Part shown: positions 16,601 through 20,174 of the stretch, piece after piece
Layout: each line of letters opens with the position of its first letter
Position numbering within the stretch: position 1 is the stretch's first letter
From: Sulfurimonas sp.
GTDB lineage: Bacteria; Campylobacterota; Campylobacteria; Campylobacterales; Sulfurimonadaceae
Direction of reading: 5' to 3'
Assembly: GCA_045046645.1 (NCBI GenBank)
Contig: JASFZD010000130.1
Location: forward strand, 1 to 20,174
Length of the DNA stretch: 20,174 bases
Translations under genes and position numbers: made by a program
The notes under the pieces: model-generated
What the model was told of the DNA's origin: nothing
The model's input: only the letters and a program-made list of their open reading frames with translations
The model's database searches: none

Positions 16601-17851
16601 GTCTACAAGCAAAGATTCTGGTGCCAACTGCTTTTTATACCAAGGCATAAGAATTGAATCTTTTAAAAGGTAAATATTCTCATGTTCATTAATAAATCTA
16701 CTAAGCATATAGTCTATATATTCTTCTTCTGTTTCATAAAAAACAATACCCATTTCTTTTGATATATTATGTAAATTTTTTAAATTTTCTGTATTAACTG
16801 AAAAACTTAACAATGCAAAATATTTTGATAAAAGTGATGGATATATTGCTCTTACTCCATTTGAAGACAAATATCTAAAAATCATTTTTGCTATTTTAGG
16901 TATCATTTCTATGGCTTGCTCATCACCAGGATAGTTACTATTTATGACAATCTTATTTGCAAAGCTCTCCGTTATTTTTATTAGCTCATAAATATCATCA
17001 TTACGAATGTTAATTGGCACAAAGCCAAAAACATCTGAAAATATATCAAGTATTTCAATTGTATAAAGATTTCGACTATATGATTGTAATCTTTTTTCAA
17101 ATTTATCAATATTTTCTAATGATAAATTTTTTATAGAGTTTTCTCTCCCTTTCATATATAGATAATCACCTATTACTGTTACTTTGTAATTTTTTTTCAA
17201 GTTGGCTGCTATTTCTAGAGGGTTGGGTATTATTTGAGAAGGAAAAAACTGAAGATATTTTTGAAAATCTTCTTTACTAATTTCATCATTAATTGCTGCA
17301 TGTCGAAATAGTACTGATGCGATATCATTTATTAAAGTTTCTGAAAAATTAAATTTGCAGGTAACTTTATGCGAAACAAAAAAATTCTTAAATCTAAAAT
17401 GAACATTATATGTATCATCTTCTTGTATTTCACCTATTTTACTTACAAATATAAATCCATACATAAACTCTTTAAAGTGTGTGTATGTCAAATCTTTATC
17501 CGTTATCATATATTCTAAAAATTGTTCTTTACACCACTGATCACTAAAATTATAAATTCTTTCTTTATCAGATAATGCTGCGGCTATACCAAATAATTTT
17601 TCATACAAAGCTACCCCTGCCAAAGCTGGTCTATCTTTATACTTTTGAGTGTTTAAAATCGGTATGGCTTCTCTTATATTTTCAATTACAGTATTATCTA
17701 AATCTGTTGCATGCAATGAGAAATTGTTCCTAATAAATGATACAATTTCTTCACTTTCCATCTCTCGTACTACATGTTTATTACAATAGTCATTGAGCTC
17801 ATAAATGATGTCATTTTTATACTTGAAAAAATATTGATTTTTTTTAACCAT
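13667..17851 (-). CDS. Giant (1394 aa) protein with an internal tyrosine-recombinase catalytic domain, an unrecognised ~870-aa N-terminal region and a Cys4 C-terminal region
   Basis: Catalytic residues in canonical order: R891 (LPHRAEHIRTLDL), H1063-xx-R1066 (HALRKS), H1089 (TGHKS), Y1099 or Y1102 (VAYIDY); DNA about 14540-15200. Cys cluster C1198-x4-C1203-x7-C1211-x2-C1214 (14211-14260). The ATG overlaps the upstream gene stop by 8 nt. Confidence 0.75.
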   Translation of the reverse strand: MVKKNQYFFKYKNDIIYELNDYCNKHVVREMESEEIVSFIRNNFSLHATDLDNTVIENIREAIPILNTQKYKDRPALAGVALYEKLFGIAAALSDKERIYNFSDQWCKEQFLEYMITDKDLTYTHFKEFMYGFIFVSKIGEIQEDDTYNVHFRFKNFFVSHKVTCKFNFSETLINDIASVLFRHAAINDEISKEDFQKYLQFFPSQIIPNPLEIAANLKKNYKVTVIGDYLYMKGRENSIKNLSLENIDKFEKRLQSYSRNLYTIEILDIFSDVFGFVPINIRNDDIYELIKITESFANKIVINSNYPGDEQAIEMIPKIAKMIFRYLSSNGVRAIYPSLLSKYFALLSFSVNTENLKNLHNISKEMGIVFYETEEEYIDYMLSRFINEHENIYLLKDSILMPWYKKQLAPESLLVDKYIPLMNYTNFKKQLINQLNIPYEIDNCSENKQCEQLIQQALNSQADTGYKIKYVENFTSAFNISKNIIYLKSDIDKQFNNLWESYFERVTDTLNEIESLELLFVTENKKNYFHDMHKIFFIADEQYKKLNFYTLLKVLEISNAKKESQVQQTIYGFLLYLSNLSIAQLPLEITLCLTKYSFQVDTWLNNNPSVNFMYKISIGRNYKKNQMLFALLATSSNIDPIDIHEEDVNLLLQQIDAMDIAKYTQSNIKSKIRDMFITLGNIHILSYEEYKANQESSPNIFLKKYGQIDEFKYLAKATKLFMENNSASLATRVNESKLIEKFFNFLENFHFSKGTIFEKVMLEAIFSGDSENSLQEWIDSEITQSQKNKIQNVIAQICERSPYLSGAFKSIYRKNYNSNATRKKSFTPSRYALDEEVLFAMRNTVLNDPPQSDYYKNDNTNKEDHWYAHIDKAEPLLPAMLLLHIKLPHRAEHIRTLDLNKFLIRNNDGSFAGFEMSTDKNWRRTDIFTIDKEIVKIMFDDEELSFIEQCNSYIYNFFEHIRPIYQHSDQKNVWGQIVPMFPNKKGTDFIPKNVYKGYNYKVLIKALLSLDRDPLLYLQKSPSISEETFKAMLQPQNNSFRFEFETEEYIAKNIKSTYYGPHALRKSNITRYISYGHPLEVIMSMTGHKSINSIMVAYIDYKMLSSSTNFKKAKNIINKDISVEDPLNMSREYIKKIRNIFKVEDKNQIERFLKKLDLKPPPSIIDSNGNLIPNSDGLNTSLESSPITWKPLPWGICTGIECPPNLTERCGACPYLLTNELFIRGIKLAVMLSTAKIAKIGNGLYLNMKNKKMDDIQYANHVSFQKDQIIDFYAWQILIDVLHEKIYEKKDNTNKLPLVTAEHMEYNMGLIEIFTEAKACYYNSKDIHAFQDELAGTILKLLIQKKVNFDEIPYDNSNAIIPWFMDMLKNSNYDEKHEIIEALKNPNQTKLLG

Positions 17852-18473
17852 AAATATTTAACTTTTTCATTATTTTAGATGTAAGCAACATGATTTTGCC
17901 ATCTTTACCAAATACCTTCAAATTACCTTGCTCATCTAATTCTGTTAGATGAGTATTACGAATTAACTGTAGAATTACACCACTAAGTATGTTTTTATAA
18001 TCTGTTTCATCATCTACGGGTACCATATCAATCTCATTTGAAGTATTTTGAGAGGTAGGTTTTTTTTGTGTAATATTTTTTCGGCGAAGTGCAGCTTTTA
18101 AGATTGTCACCTCTTCTGAAAGTTCTGTTACCTTTTCTCTTAGAAGTAAATTTTGTTGGGAAAGTCTTTGATCAGCAAATTTAACATCAATTTTTTTATT
18201 TTGAATATTAATAGGATTGGTAAGGCGCATCTTTTCATACTCATCAATTATAGATCGCCATCTTAAGTGTTTAAGTCGCAATGCATCTTTTTTCAATATA
18301 TATTTTTGCTCATTTTTAGTTGCTAAATTGAGCATATGGTCCGCAACAGTGGTTGGTGTTATTTTAATATTTTTATGAAGCATATGCTCGCATGTCTTTT
18401 TAAGTAGTTGCAACCTTTGTTCTTTTGCTTCATCAAGAAAGTATTCTATGTTTGATTTTTTATTTTTTCCCAT
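17844..18473 (-). CDS. Coiled-coil protein of unknown function between the two recombinase genes (possible DNA-binding or accessory factor)
   Basis: 209 aa. Heptad-like segment QQNLLLREKVTELSEEVTILKAALRRKN, and a possible N-terminal HTH (ITPTTVADHMLNLA). Overlaps both flanking genes (14 nt and 8 nt), which supports coupled translation. No family recognised. Confidence 0.6.
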   Translation of the reverse strand: MGKNKKSNIEYFLDEAKEQRLQLLKKTCEHMLHKNIKITPTTVADHMLNLATKNEQKYILKKDALRLKHLRWRSIIDEYEKMRLTNPINIQNKKIDVKFADQRLSQQNLLLREKVTELSEEVTILKAALRRKNITQKKPTSQNTSNEIDMVPVDDETDYKNILSGVILQLIRNTHLTELDEQGNLKVFGKDGKIMLLTSKIMKKLNIYG

Positions 18474-19875
18474 AATGATAGTTTCCTTTTTTTGTTTGTC
18501 TAAGACTCATATATTCTATAAGTTGGGCAATAGCTGGCTTATTTCCATCCTCAATCTCTTTAATAATACTTTTATAGTATTTTTTTGCAAGATTCGCAAC
18601 TTTAAAATAGACTTCTGTTGAAGCTGGATTTTTGTGTCCAAGCATATTTTGTGTGAGTGCTCTTGCAGTATCTATACCTATTTCCGGCACAGACAAACCA
18701 ATATCAGCTATAGCTACAGCAAACATGTGACGCAGAGAATGAATCCCTTTAGCTTTGTGTAATTGTCTGATATGAAAATAGTTTTCATCTTCTGGATTTA
18801 AAGGATATTTTTCTTTTAATTGTTTAAGTCGTTTGGTAAATAATCTATTAGCCTGCACCACAGAGAGCCTATTCCCAGTAGATGTTGTAAAGACAAAAGG
18901 ATGTTTTGCTACATATTCAGGTATTTGGACTATGTAACGAAAGGTTTTGAATACTTCTGATTCCAAATAATGTGTTATAAAAGTAAGTGGTCCATATTCA
19001 AGTGGAATTGGATATTTAAAAGCTATATCTGCATGAGGTTTATCAGTATTTGGATTTATATTATAGCGTTCCTTCAAAAGTGATATACGAGGTATCTCAA
19101 GCAATGGAGAATACATATCACTTCTTGGATCAATTAAATACACTTCTCTATTTTCATAATCTATATCCAACCATGTTAAAGAGAGTGCCTGTCCAACTCT
19201 TGCACCTGCACCTCCACAAAGAAGATATAAAAGTTTTTCTTGTGGCTCAGACATATCAAGCAATTCATAAAAAAAATAAAAAGGGAAGAATTTATCTTCA
19301 TTTCCACTATTATTTGTTTTTAATGGTCTTAGAATAGATTTTTTCTTTCCATAAATTTCTAGTAGTGAGTCGCGCATTGCTAGACCGTACCCTGAATGCA
19401 CACTAGAAGAACTTTTATTTTTTTCATACAACCAATCTATCTCATCACTTTGCAAAGAATCACTAGATGCTCCTATCTCTTTTAAAAAGGTAAAGTAGCT
19501 TTCAATAATACTCATTTCGAGATTAATGGAATTGAATGATTTTGTGGAATTGGTTAGTATGATACGCTCAATCGTAAAACTTATTTCTCCATCATCATAT
19601 TTATCTTCTACAATAATTGAATTACACTCTAAAAGAAAATCCTTACGATAGCGAAGTAAATAATCTAAAAGACTCTCTTCTGCTTCTCTTGGTTTGTATA
19701 ATGTCCATGTAATAAACTTATTTATGGCATGTGAATATCGTTTCAAAGTTAAATACTTTAAATTACGATTATCTTTTAAAAGCTTTATCCATCTTTTAAA
19801 ATTAGCAGGAGAAATAACAATATTTTTTAACTTAACATAGATATCAAACATTCCATCTTCAAGCTCTACTACCAT
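18460..19875 (-). CDS. Tyrosine recombinase/integrase (471 aa)
   Basis: N-terminal SAM-like core-binding features (LTLKRYSHAINKFITW). Catalytic set: GGAGARVGQALSLTWLDID (Arg I), HSLRHMF (HxxR), MLGHKNPASTEVYFKV (His ... Tyr). Confidence 0.88.
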   Translation of the reverse strand: MVVELEDGMFDIYVKLKNIVISPANFKRWIKLLKDNRNLKYLTLKRYSHAINKFITWTLYKPREAEESLLDYLLRYRKDFLLECNSIIVEDKYDDGEISFTIERIILTNSTKSFNSINLEMSIIESYFTFLKEIGASSDSLQSDEIDWLYEKNKSSSSVHSGYGLAMRDSLLEIYGKKKSILRPLKTNNSGNEDKFFPFYFFYELLDMSEPQEKLLYLLCGGAGARVGQALSLTWLDIDYENREVYLIDPRSDMYSPLLEIPRISLLKERYNINPNTDKPHADIAFKYPIPLEYGPLTFITHYLESEVFKTFRYIVQIPEYVAKHPFVFTTSTGNRLSVVQANRLFTKRLKQLKEKYPLNPEDENYFHIRQLHKAKGIHSLRHMFAVAIADIGLSVPEIGIDTARALTQNMLGHKNPASTEVYFKVANLAKKYYKSIIKEIEDGNKPAIAQLIEYMSLRQTKKGNYHYGKK

Positions 19876-19962
19876 CTATTTGTATTATCCTATTATTACA
19901 TGTATGTTGTACAATTTATCTAAAATGACTAAGTCCCTTGACTTGGTTATTTAAAGTATTGT

Positions 19963-19971
19963 ATTATATCA
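19963..19971 (-). promoter_or_regulatory. Extended -10 box (TGATATAAT on the minus strand) for the recombinase operon
   Basis: The reverse complement of 19963-19971 is TGATATAAT, about 90 nt upstream of ATG 19875. It is part of the recurring 12-mer (19962-19973). Confidence 0.45.
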
Positions 19972-20022
19972 TAATATTTATATTATTTCATGTATATAGA
20001 AAAGTCTCTAGGAGAGATATTA

Positions 20023-20174
20023 TGGAAAAAGATCAATTATTTATTTTAGATAAATGGATAAAAAACTATCTTAATGAGAAAAAAACACTCAATCTTGCAA
20101 AAAATACAATTATGAACTATACAAGAGTTTTAGATTCTTTCTATCAGTTTTTTGCACAAAAAGATGAAGAAGAT
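20023..20174 (+). CDS. Second tyrosine recombinase/integrase, N-terminal fragment (continues past the window)
   Basis: Not in the ORF track because it is open-ended. ATG 20023 is preceded by GGAGAG (20011-20016). My translation MEKDQLFILDKWIKNYLNEKKTLNLAKNTIMNYTRVLDSFYQFFAQKDEED matches the Xer/integrase N-terminal SAM-like pattern (S/A-x-NTI-x-x-Y-x-x-x-L-x-x-F). Confidence 0.6.

Larger units (their letters stand above)
1170..20022 (-). mobile_element. Putative integrative defence island (recombinase module + defence cargo + AT-rich distal end); boundaries not demonstrated
   Basis: Eleven co-oriented genes with a recombinase operon at one end, defence cargo in the middle and a 364-bp repeat-bearing A/T gap at the other end. 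No flanking direct repeats could be established beyond a promoter-like 12-mer. Confidence 0.35.

Noticed and set aside
1418-19973. Treating the direct 12-mer TATTATATCATA at 1418-1429 and 19962-19973 as the attL/attR repeats of the island
   Set aside because: The same 12-mer, as its reverse complement, also occurs at 508-519 and 1440-1451, and it is a perfect extended -10 promoter box. Shared promoter consensus explains it more simply. Comparative junction data are needed before calling att sites.
1-20174. CRISPR arrays, tRNA, rRNA, and IS-type transposases with terminal inverted repeats
   Set aside because: I saw no regularly spaced repeats, no G/C-rich structured RNA-like segments (the gaps are nearly pure A/T), and no DDE transposase-like ORFs on either strand.

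Overview
This is an AT-rich accessory region. Low G+C and TGnTATAAT-type extended -10 boxes suggest a Campylobacterota-like host, but that is inference only. I saw no rRNA, tRNA or CRISPR array. The left edge (+ strand) holds a probably 5'-truncated hypothetical gene and a MNT/HEPN (MntA/HepT-type) toxin-antitoxin pair. A 364-bp, almost pure A/T gap follows (1170-1533) and carries a tandem 11-mer and a perfect 17-bp palindrome. Eleven consecutive minus-strand genes come next. In transcription order from the right: (i) a translationally coupled recombinase module of a 471-aa tyrosine recombinase, a 209-aa coiled-coil protein and a 1394-aa protein with a tyrosine-recombinase catalytic domain buried in unrecognised sequence. 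(ii) A complete type I R-M operon, hsdM-hsdS-hsdR, with a SieB-like membrane protein gene wedged between hsdS and hsdR. (iii) A DUF262/DUF1524 (GmrSD-like) nuclease. (iv) A tightly coupled three-gene operon of a small membrane protein, a ComEC-style metallo-beta-lactamase-fold protein and a single 701-aa E2-like/E1-like/JAB fusion, with no separate ubiquitin-like gene and no cyclase. The right edge has the start of a divergent second integrase. The best candidate for an uncharacterised system is the membrane/MBL/E2-E1-JAB operon, read as a ubiquitination-like defence module whose conjugation substrate may be the MBL protein itself. The second candidate is the atypical recombinase module that may mobilise the whole defence island. 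All family calls rest on motifs read by eye and need HMM or structure confirmation.
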